64,000 nucleotides of DNA from Macrostomum lignano (taxonomy: Eukaryota). The stretch covers positions 930,001 to 994,000 of the forward strand of contig NIVC01000056.1 in assembly GCA_002269645.1 (NCBI GenBank), in the 5' to 3' direction. The position numbers and the translations under genes were made by a program. Positions 9,775-20,129 of the stretch are shown piece by piece (the first letter of the stretch is position 1; every line of letters begins with the position of its first letter). Below the pieces are notes generated by a model. That model saw only the letters and a program-made list of their open reading frames with translations, searched no databases and was not told where the DNA came from.

Positions 9775-12700
9775 TCATCCCTTATTCTTTTGCTTCTTAT
9801 TATCCGACAAACGTCGTTTTTTAATCTTCTTCCCATCGGCGGCATTGAAATCCTCTCGAGGTCGTTTCAAAGCCTTGACCTTTCTTGTCTGCAGTTTGTC
9901 CAACTCTTGCCGGCCGACGTGCACACGACCGAGACGATTGCCCAGACCATCGTCCGGCACAATGTTCTTGATCTTCTTGATCGTGGCAACTTTGGGCTGA
10001 CGGCGAGCCTGCTTAAACTGCTCCGGCGTTGCCACCTTGTGCCTGCGCAGCCGCAAACCGAAACGCGGACCCATTTCGAACAGCTCGACTCGGGGAATTT
10101 TCGAACCGGAGCTCTTCAGTAGGATGCGATAGGATCTGCGGGTTCGGTTTGGGATGGTTGATCTGACGACTGATCCCCAGTCACTTGCGTCGCCTCAAGA
10201 GTCGTAGGTAACACAGGTAAAAAATAGGAAATAAGTTCCTCTAGAAGACTCTAAAACAGCAAGATGTCACGGTACAAGTCGCCAAAAAATTCCTCCAAGA
10301 GTCAAGAGACAATCAAAACGGGACGCCATAGACATTCAAGCCAGGCCACAGATCGCACCCTAGTCATGAACTTAAGCAGTTTAGCAAAGTCTACTGAGGG
10401 AGGCTTGGCCATAGACTATAACTTTGGACATTCAATATGGGAAAAATCCATTCAAAACGGGAATCGGACTGAGATTTTATGGCTCTCTGTCCCTCCCTCC
10501 TCCCCGGTTTGCTCGTCTTTGGCCTGAAAGCGACGCCATTCAGTGGCGCCAGCAATTCTTGTAGTAGATCGCCAGCGGCTAATTGATGCGATTGAACAAG
10601 GGTCAGCCATCACAGGCGCTGTTATATGATGCGCTCGTGACTCAACAGTCGCATATCCGTCGCATTTACAGTCGCTTGAGTCTGTGACGTTGTCAGTTGA
10701 GGTAGCCCCGACAAGGGCCGTTTTAGCGAAAGCTATAATATTGTTAATTTAATGGTCTCGTACTCTAACGTCTGCTTATAATAATGCCCAAAGAATTTTA
10801 AACAACATTGCGTGCGTTTGTAAAGCCTATGTACAATGCGATCGATAATTTCTGTTTTCAAGTTGGTTTTTCTCGCCGGCCAATAGAAAAGCCGCGCATA
10901 TATTATGCTAGCCTGATATTAAGCTCTCCTCGCGCACCCACCCCAGCCCGCTCCTCATCAGTCCTGTCTGGCTGGGGCGCCCGTGGTTAGACATTTGTTT
11001 TTAGACCCCTGTTTTTCACCCTTGTTTGCTGTTTACCCGTCTCGCTCTGCCAAAGTTCTAAACCACGCCTCTGCCAATTCTCGACCACGCCACCACTACC
11101 GTCTGTAAAGGGTTCTCGCTACGAGTACCGCCACCACACGATCACTGTCATCACATCATCGCCACTGCCTCAGGCTCATCGACTCGCTCTATCATCTATC
11201 ATCTATCTTATTGTTGCGCAGCCGCCCAGTGCATTCCTTACTGATTCAGCAAATACTCCGGCTCATCTCTATTAACTACTCAGACGGAATTGATAATAAT
11301 GAGCCCTAACTATCCACTCATACCGTTACAATAAATGAGAACTGCGGCCACCGCCCGCATCATTCGTCACTATCATCGAGTGCTACCGCTACACAATTTG
11401 CCTCTGCTGTATTTGTCTTCGTCAGTTAAATTCGAGTCTGCCGGTAAATCGTCACAAGTCGCCCCCAGATTTGCTTTCTTTTTGGGAATATTCTGGGATA
11501 TCATTAAGAAAGTAGGAGTCGCATCAATGATATGCGTCACAAAAGCCTCACCTGACAAGAATCTGGCCATCGCAATAGGAGAATTGAATCAGGTGCTCAA
11601 TGCCTTGGAGACGAATCTTCTCAACCCGAGGACCTTGGAACATGTCCAGCAGCAGGTTCTTAATAGCCATCAGAGTTGGGTCGCTGTCGAACTCTTCGCC
11701 CTTAAAATAATTGTTTTAAGGTGTAGGAGAGATTTTTCAGATCGCATTCACCAGGTTTAATCAAATCAGTCATAGCACACTAATTTGTCTAAATCATAGC
11801 CTAGGATGTCTAGATGCCAAGATTATTGGCTAAGATGGCCAAAACATATTTAAATATATTGATCGGCCATATCCCATCTAGATTTCACTCATTAGATGCC
11901 TAGATGACAGCAATCACAATGTCTAGATGACAGCAATCACAATGTCTAGATGACAGCAATAACAATGCCTAGATGACAGCAATCACAATGTCTAGATAAC
12001 AGTAATCATAATGCCTAGATGACAGCAATCACAATGTCTAGATAACAGTAATCATAATGTCTAGATGACAGCAATCACAATGTCTAGATGACAGCAATCA
12101 CAATGTCTAGATAACAGTAATCATAATGTCTAGATGACAGCAATCACAATGTCTAGATGACAGCAATCACAATGTCTAGATGACAGCAATCACAATGTCT
12201 AGATAACAGTAATCACAATGCCTAGATGACATCAATCACAATTTCTAGATAACAGTAATCATAATCTCTAGATGACAGCAATCACAATGCCTAGATGACA
12301 GCAATCACAATGCCTAGATGACAGCAATCACAATGCCTAGATGACAGCAATCACAATGCCTAGATGACAGCAATCACAAAACCTAGATGACAGCAATCAC
12401 AATGCCTAGATGACAGCAATCAGAATGTCTAGATGACAGCAATCACACGTCTAGATTACAGTAGCCACATGTCTAGATCACAGTTATCACAGTCATCCTG
12501 TCTAAGCCAAACTACAATAAAATAATATTTGAATAATGTTCAGCAATTAGACTCACCTGAAAGCTAAGACATGGCTTAGTGCCAACAGGCACCTTGGCAA
12601 CGGGAAAAGTACACAATGGCTGGTAGCCTTCAACGCCAAACTCAATCATATCCAGCAGCTGGTAGTTGAATAGCCTGCCTAGCACCAGATTATTCGGTCG

Positions 12701-12991
12701 CTTTTTCGAATGGCTTGCAAAAGCGAATAGCGAGCAGTCGTACTTTCGACTCATCTTTTCAACAAAGCTAATCTCTTCGAATGGTAAAATTGGATTGCGG
12801 CGTTTCAGCATCAGAGCGTGCGGCTTTTTTAAGCTGTACAAATCTTTTAGACAGGAACCAATGGCTTCGCTAGTATTGCCGCCGCGGATGAGTAAGCATG
12901 ACTTTGTGTTTTCTATCACCTTCTCTTCTCGCCTGGCTAATGCTCGCTTGCCGGCTTGAGTCTTCGGCTTGATCACGCTGTTTGAGGCCAT
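9775..12991 (-). CDS. RPF2: Ribosome production factor 2 homolog (Brix domain), 3 exons, 314 aa
   Basis: Exons 12991-12557, 11700-11552 and 10135-9775, all GT-AG and frame-consistent. Motifs: KPKT, HSKKRPNNLVLGR, GTKP, IRLQGIEH, PRVELFEMGP, QELDKLQTRKVKALK. Confidence 0.95.
11895..12480. repeat. 23-bp minisatellite (CTAGATGACAGCAATCACAATGT) in RPF2 intron 1
   Basis: Direct tandem repetition. Confidence 0.95.
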
Positions 12992-13149
12992 GCCAAGCTG
13001 CACTGCTGATGGATGGCTTGCTTGATTGACAACTTTCTACTGAGCTGCTGCTCGCTGTGGGAGTGCGTTTTTGTAGAAGACTTGATATTGATTCTTTGAT
13101 TGCTCAAGTAAAGTTCATAGTAGAGATGAGAAAAATAACAATTTTCTAG

Positions 13150-13405
13150 GGAGACAGACAGCTAGACAGGCAGACAGACAAACAGACAGACAGACACTAA
13201 GAGAAAGACAGACAGACGGACAGACAGACACTGAGACAGACAGACAGACAGACAGATAGGCAGGCAGACAGACAGACAGACAGACACTAAGAGAAAGACA
13301 GACAGACACTGAGACAGACAGACAGACAGATAGGCAGGCAGACAGACAGACAGACAGAAACTAAGAGAAAGACAGACAGACGGACAGACAGACATAGACA
13401 GAGAC
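13150..13405. repeat. (AGAC)n microsatellite
   Basis: Direct repetition. Confidence 0.93.
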
Positions 13406-14009
13406 ACTCACACAGTAACAGAGAGACAAATGTGCATAGGAAAAAAGGACACAAATCAACTAAGACAAGAAACCCAAAAGACAGACAATCATCGAATTTT
13501 TTTTAATTTACCGTTTCTACGAGCAAATGAAATAAGAAAACCAATAACTATGCAACTATAATTAAAATCCCAATAAAAAGAAAAACAAAAACTTCTGTGT
13601 ATTTAGCACGAAAAAAGCATATTTTGGCATAGAAAAAAAGTGAGACTCAGTCAACAAGCAACTACTGTACATGAATTCAACTGTTGTTAGTATTTCAGAT
13701 CTGTACAAGCCTAGAATCAGAAATGCTGTATGTGCAACACATAAAATGTGGCTACCGTAAAACAATCATTAATAAATCCGATTAAAATGGTACCCAGGCC
13801 AAAGAAGCGTCCCAGAGCCACGACTTTCGTCGCTCCAGAATCGTTGCAAATCAACAAAATAGAAAAAAAAGTGACTTCAGACAACTCTAAAACGATAAGA
13901 TTTCGCAGTACAAGTCGCCTAAAAGTCTATTTGAGACTGAGTCGCTGTAGAATCAAACAAGTCATTTGAGTCGTTAAAAAGTCACAAGACTCTTGTCGCG
14001 GTAACATTT

Positions 14010-16324
14010 TCAACGAGAAGGATGCTCAATTCGCCACTGCAGCAGAGCCGCATTGAATTCCTCAACCGCGCCCAGAACATCGTCTATGGTAGTATCCGGT
14101 CCAACGCTCAGCCTAACAGCTGATCTGGCAGCCATAGGATTGACGCCAGATTCTAACAGAACAGCGGATGCGCCGGAATTGGCGGCGGCGTGACAAGCTG
14201 AACCGGCGCTGGCAAGAATGCGGCCTCTACTAAGTAGATAGTTCCTAGCTAAAGCAGCTTCGCGCAGTTCCATATCGTCAGTATTATTATCAGTTGCTAA
14301 TTCTTTACTCTGACCAGCTGATTGCAATAGTTTTGTTGATACAACTGACACGTTGAGCGTGTTTGGCAGAGTGGGACCGTTTGGAAAATTATTGTTCACG
14401 ATTAGTCGAAAGCCGGTGAATTCTGACATCTCCGGATCGTTAATGGAGTTCAGCTGCGTGAAATGTTAGGGAAAATTATAGCATTTAAAGATAATCTAGA
14501 ATTGAAGCGGTTATTTAATTATCTAGCTACTAGAATCAAACCGATTATTGAGATATCTAGCCATTGGAATCAGAGCGATTATTGAGATATCTAGATATCT
14601 AGCCATCGGATTGGAATCAAAGTGACGTTATGACTATTGAGATATCTAGCCATTGGAATTGAAGCTTTTATTGAGCGACTGACATATTACTGGGATATCG
14701 AATTGACTTTCGGTGGTTTCGAAGGAGGAATGACACACAGAGGAAATCCAATTCAACACCCAGAATTACCAGTCTATCCCGCAGCTGATCTCGAATCTCA
14801 GCCAGCTGTACCATCAGAGGCTGTCTGCCATCAACATCATCCAACTGAGTCTTCGACAGACGCGCGGCTGCCCCCAGACCGGCAAGTCCCGGTGTATTCT
14901 CAGTGCCAGCCCTGACGCCATTCTCCTGTCCGCCGCCAAGCAGCAGTGGCGCCAATTTAGCGCGCAATCTAGCGCTACAATACAGCGCCCCAACACCTTT
15001 GGGTCCTTGAAATTTATGACCAGCCAAGCTTAGGAGATCTAATCCATTGGGAACTTTGACAGGCACTTTGCCGACAGCTTGACAAGCGTCAGTGTGGAAC
15101 AATGGCAGGCCAGAGTTGGCATAGGAGGAACACGACGAATCGACTGTCAGGCTATTTAGGCGACGCCATTCCGAGAGCGCATTTGCAATCTGCGAAATTA
15201 TTTGTTCGCGTGATTTTTTCAACTAAGTGTGTGCGATGTTGAGTTCTTTAACGGACGTCTTAGTTCAAGTCTTTAAATCATGGGGTCGGCAATTTTTTTA
15301 CCTTAGGGGCCAGATAAAGAATCCAGCTCATGGCCGCGGGCCTAGTGAGAAAGGAAAGGAGAAGGAAGAGAGGAGAGGGGAGAGACTAAAGACTAGAGAT
15401 AAGAGATGAAAGGGGAGAGAGAAGATGAGATGAGAGATGAGTTGGGAGATGACAGGAGAGAATATAAGAGGAGCGAGGAAATTAGGAAGATGAGGCGGGA
15501 GAAGAGGACTCGAGGACTAACCGGCTGCGATTAAGGATGGGGTGCTTTCCCAAGACCTAAATTTCACATCACAGAAAAGTTTTAAGCCTCATAATTTAGG
15601 TATTGTTTCTTCTTGTTTTCTGCTTTTTTCATAATTGGCATGTTGATTTGATTTTTGGCGACTTTTGAAATTTACGCATTATATGAAACCTCCCTTAAGT
15701 GTCAAGCGAGGCACTTAAAAGTTGTTTTTACAGACACTTTTTGTAGACATCACTGGTTTATACCTCGGCTATGGGAAATATGGCCCCAGTCTCATTATTT
15801 GCCCACATCACGGTCACTAAACAGGTATTGCGCCAGCGCAATGCAGCAACGAGATCGCCAACATTTGCCAGAGCGCCAGTGCTTGAGTCGATGCGCAACC
15901 AGGTTACATCAACTAAACCTAGAGCCAACAGTCGTTCAATAGGTTTACGAATCGAGTCGTGTTCAATACAGCTGGCTACAATATGAGGCCGACCAACAAT
16001 AGCATTCTCAGCTCTATCCAAATTCCGGTACATCCAAACAGCCTGTTTCACAGCCCAATTATTGCTCTCTGTACCGCCGGATGTGAAAATCAACTCTGCT
16101 GGCTGACAGCCAATCAGATCTGCTACAGATTTGCGAGCAACTTCAACTATGCTGCGAGTCCGACTGCAAACGCTCGGATTCTGCCAGCCGGTGTACATAG
16201 CTTCAATAACGGCATCGCGAGACTGCGAAGACATTGGACTAGTAGCATTGTAGTCTAAATAAATTGGCGTCTTCGTTGCTTCTTGCTTGTGTTGTTGACT
16301 ACGAGGCAGCTGTTGATGCGACAT
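14010..16324 (-). CDS. SCLY: Selenocysteine lyase (class V PLP enzyme), 3 exons, 474 aa
   Basis: Exons 16324-15764, 15189-14770 and 14453-14010, all phase 0. Motifs: [23 protein letters not shown] (SCLY-type HDS), NNETG, HTDACQ, GHKF (PLP Lys), GTENTP, catalytic SAGSACH, RLSVG. Confidence 0.9.
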
Positions 16325-16779
16325 TTGGCTGAATATAAAAATTTACATTGACAATTGACGATTCATAAAATTTACCACTTGTAATTGACTACTAAGGTAC
16401 CTTGAAATTATGAATGTGTACTTTACCTACAGTCCGTGTTATTGCAACATTGGCTAGGGTAGGGTGGAGGCAGCTAAATACTAAGACAGTATAAATATTA
16501 AATATCAAGAGAACCTATGCCGGAGCCATTCAAGGAAAGGTCATGATGGTCAGCTGTCTCCCTAGTGAAAATTGAAGGGCCTCGTGTGCCATGGGAAAAT
16601 CTTGTTAATCCAACAAAAAAAGCAAAACACAATCCGATTTAAATGGACCTCTTTCATACTAACACTACAACACTAATTTTACTTGAAAGCGCGTATGAAT
16701 CTTAGTAAATGAACACAAATTTAAAATGCTTTAGTAAAATAAGTTATTTCACTTCTTCCTCGATAAATTTTCTTTCGCA

Positions 16780-18019
16780 TTAATAATTGCAAACAACATC
16801 AACGCGATAGTAAGGCTCTAGTACTTTACGCAGACTGGCAATTAACTCAGTCTGAATGAGCTCCACCTGTTCAGTTGGGCAGTAATCGTCTAGAGACGAT
16901 CTGGCAATGGTGACGCAAGCAGGAGGACCGTATCGAGCTGACAACTCACTCAACCAATTGCCAAAACTGTCAATCATCAGGCGAATCTCGTCTGGCGAAG
17001 ACTCGATGCGGTAGCTCGCCACCAAGACCGTCTTGACCGCTGAGTACTTCGTGTAAATCTTCTGGCGTCCATGTTGTAGCAGTAGCAGTAGCGCTACTAT
17101 CGCCGTTTCCATGACGACGAGCCCACGCGAACAGAGAACGAAGAGCAGTTCGATCTTGAGCATCATCCTTCTCGGCGTCATCAACTTCATCAACGTTGAT
17201 AGCCTCGCTACTCGTACTAGCTTCAGTTTTACTATCCAATTCACTGGAAACTTCCATCATGATTTGACCCAACCGCTCCAAGCGTTGCTCCCTTCGCCTG
17301 CAAGCCGTCTCAAGAGCCGGGCCCTCTTCGACAATTTCGCCACCGCGCCAGCCGTAGACGCTACGAGCGGCGCTAATCAGATCAGCTGGTAGCCACTTCG
17401 ACGGAGCGTCCTGCGTAGAGAAATAGTCCAAGTCAACATCGACAACGTAAGCGGCAGCCTGACCGAGACCCGATTGGCCGACACAATCGCAATCCAGTGC
17501 ACTGCTAAACTCGTGCGAGCACAGGTGAAATTGGCTAATCTTATTACTATTCTTGCCTATCTCTGCTTCGGGTATGGAGGTCAAATGGTGACAGTACATA
17601 CACTCGGCCGCAAAATAAGGCAAGCCGCAGTCTAAACGTAAAGGTGCTTCAACAGCAGCAGCGGCTGACGATTCAACTGGACAAGGACCAATACGAACTA
17701 GACGACGCTTTATATCCGGCAGCTGGTCCGACCAAGGCGGTCGCAGCCAAACAACGCTATCAAAGTGGCCAGCATAGGCAGCTGGCAGAATCCAACTCCC
17801 AATACTAAGTTGCGATTGCAACGCGCCATCAACTCCAGCGTCGAGGCAATCGTTGGCTGTTAACTTAGGCGGCAACTGCAGATCAGGATGCGAGTTCAGG
17901 TGCAACAGTGTTAAAAGAGAAAACGGCAAACGCTTTGAACCGATTAAACGGTAGATATCCAATAGCACCTCGTCGTGCGGCTCGCGAATGAACACGCGTA
18001 TTGGTTGGCGTTGCTTGAC
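16780..18019 (-). CDS. C5orf22: UPF0489/C5orf22 homolog with a frameshift near 17000 and no genomic ATG (possible pseudo-allele or assembly error)
   Basis: One frame has HDEVL.DIYRLIGSKRLP, HLNSHPDL, WILPAAYAGHF and VDLDYFST up to ELPHRV. The C-terminal VTIARSSLDDYCP..QV is in another frame ending at 16780. Starts at acceptor TTTCAG|GTC (18019). Confidence 0.85.
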
Positions 18020-18098
18020 CTGAAAGATGTTGTAAAAAACTTGGTTTATTTCTGCAAATAGCACAATATATCTGCTTTTAGAACAAAACAAAGGATCT

Positions 18099-18886
18099 CA
18101 TAGGCGTAGGAACGGGGGGGGCCAGTGGGGCCATGCCCCCCCCCCTACTTTTTAAAATGGGAGGGGGCAGTAATGGTATCTGTCCCCTCCACATTTTAAA
18201 TGTAAAATGTAGACTTATTTTTAGTTTTTGCTGCTTTGCATGAATGCATTTTGCTGCAGGGCGACAAAACATAGCGCCTGGAGCGCCGAAATGAGTGCCT
18301 GCAGCACCAAAATGAGCGCCTGCAGCGCCAAAATGAGTGCCTGCGGCGCCAAGATGAGTGCCTGCGGCGCTAAAATGAGTGCCTGCGGCGCTTAAATGAG
18401 TGCCTGCGGCGCTAAAATGAGTGTCTGCGGAGCTAAAATGAGTGCCTGCGTCGCAAAAATGAGTGCCTGCGGCGCCAAAATGAGTGCCTGCGGCGCCAAG
18501 ATGAGTGCCTGCGGAGCCAAAATGAGTGCCTGCGGCGCCAAGATCAGTGCCTGCGGCGCTAAAATGAGTGCCTGCAGCGCTAAAATGAGTGCCTGCGGAG
18601 TTAAAATGAGTGCCTGCGGCGCTAAAATGAGTGCCTGCGGAGCTAAAATAAGTGCCTGCGGCGCTAAAATGAGTGCCTGCGGAGCTAAAATGAGTACCTG
18701 CGGCGCTAAAATGAGTACCTGCGGCGCTTTATAAAATGAGTGCTGACAAGATGGATTCTGAAAATAATCGGTGCATGATAATGTGCATTTTCCATATAAA
18801 AAATCTAACTCAACGGGGGCGTGCACCCTAAATCCGTCACTGAACCTGCCCCTCTCCCCACTTTTTGAAATGTTCCTACGCCTATG
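18099..18886. mobile_element. hAT-like MITE (788 bp) carrying an internal 21-bp minisatellite
   Basis: Perfect 15-bp TIRs CATAGGCGTAGGAAC (18099-18113) and GTTCCTACGCCTATG (18872-18886). Degenerate 8-bp TSD AAGGATCT/AAGGAATT. Confidence 0.85.
18270..18745. repeat. 21-bp minisatellite (AAAATGAGTGCCTGCGGCGCT) inside the MITE
   Basis: About 22 tandem units. Confidence 0.95.
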
Positions 18887-19174
18887 AAGGAATTCTATAT
18901 CAATTTTTTAAGCTCGATGAAAAATTAGTGAGAAATACAATTATGATCTATTATGAGCATGTATGTCGTTTTTTTATTTTCTTCACAGATGAGCAGCAAT
19001 GAAAACAGTTTGATGAAAACTATTATTAGTAAACACTGTATGATTTTATGTAGTCAGACTCAACTATCAAATGTGCTATTTACTACAGATCAAATGAAGT
19101 TACAAAACATTTAGCATGTTTCCGTTAAAAACCCACGAAACAACACGAAGTTCCTCAGATCCATAAAGTTTCAC

Positions 19175-19648
19175 TTATTCCTTCTTCTCCTCCTGAGCAG
19201 CCAGCAAAGCGGACTTGATACCAATCTTCTTCAACTCCTCAATCAATTCGCCATTTTGATGCATTTTAATCAGCACATCGCAGCCGCCGATGAACTCGCC
19301 ATTAAAGTACACCTGAGGAATAGTTGGCCAATCGCTAAACGTTTTAATATCCTGTCTCAGCTCCTCATTGTCGAGAACGTTGTGCGCGGAATACACGTCC
19401 GGTTTTAAGCCGTGAAATTCGAGAATTTTAATAACGGCATTGGAGAAACCGCAACGTGGCTCCTCCGGCACGCCTTTCATAAAGACGACAACCTTGTTGG
19501 CTTTGACCATTTCGGCTATTTTATTGTGCATAGAACCGGCGGTGCTGGAAGTCGATAGCGATGACGTAAGCAGTGAAGACAGGGTTGGCGATAGCTTACA
19601 TTGACGCAGCGAAGCTGTCGTATTGACTAGGCAGCGTAAATTAAACAT
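19175..19648 (-). CDS. GLRX5: Monothiol glutaredoxin 5, mitochondrial, intronless, 157 aa
   Basis: Ser/Arg-rich presequence, VVVFMKG..E.PRCGFS active site, [17 protein letters not shown]. Confidence 0.96.
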   Translation of the reverse strand: MFNLRCLVNTTASLRQCKLSPTLSSLLTSSLSTSSTAGSMHNKIAEMVKANKVVVFMKGVPEEPRCGFSNAVIKILEFHGLKPDVYSAHNVLDNEELRQDIKTFSDWPTIPQVYFNGEFIGGCDVLIKMHQNGELIEELKKIGIKSALLAAQEEKKE

Positions 19649-20129
19649 GCTGATTGCAAAGTTCTGAAATGAGTGTGTACGAGCATCTCAAGTGACTTAA
19701 GTAGACAAAGTGCAATAAGTTGACAAAGTGTAACAGTGTGCCCTCAGTCAGATTGAAAACTAGAAGTCATGCGCAAACGTGTTTTTGGACAAAGATCAGT
19801 TAATCTAAGCCAAAACAAAATTAGGCGAGCCCTAAAAATTCGGTTGCGAGCATCTAAACCAAGAAGTCAGAATGATTGCGAAAGCCGGAAAGTCCAAGAA
19901 GAGATCGCCAACACAGGCGACCGTCAAATTCTGCGAAATATTGACTATCGAATAGGCATTCTGACAATTCTTGCGTTGACGCAATTCGCTTCCGCGTTTT
20001 CAAGGCTCCGCCATTTCTGCGTCAGACTTTGCGCTTCATCATCATTCTGAGGACTAATTATTATTCTGAGTTTGTTTGAGCACTGACCTCGCTACCTGGC
20101 AAGAGTACAACTTGGCTATTTTCCAGGGT

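Noticed and set aside
10938-10980. CTGATGA in a GC hairpin (minus strand), suggesting a hammerhead ribozyme or C/D snoRNA in the RPF2 intron
   Set aside because: No stem II followed by GAAA, and no D box (CTGA) at a suitable distance.
10265-11330. Possible solo LTR in RPF2 intron 2 (TGTCACGG...CCGTTACA)
   Set aside because: The termini are LTR-like (7/8 inverted match), but flanks show no TSD and there is no second copy in the window.
19769-20050. 93-aa ATG-initiated + strand ORF, and a short open minus-strand frame in the same region
   Set aside because: No recognisable motif or supporting splice partner. Not called.
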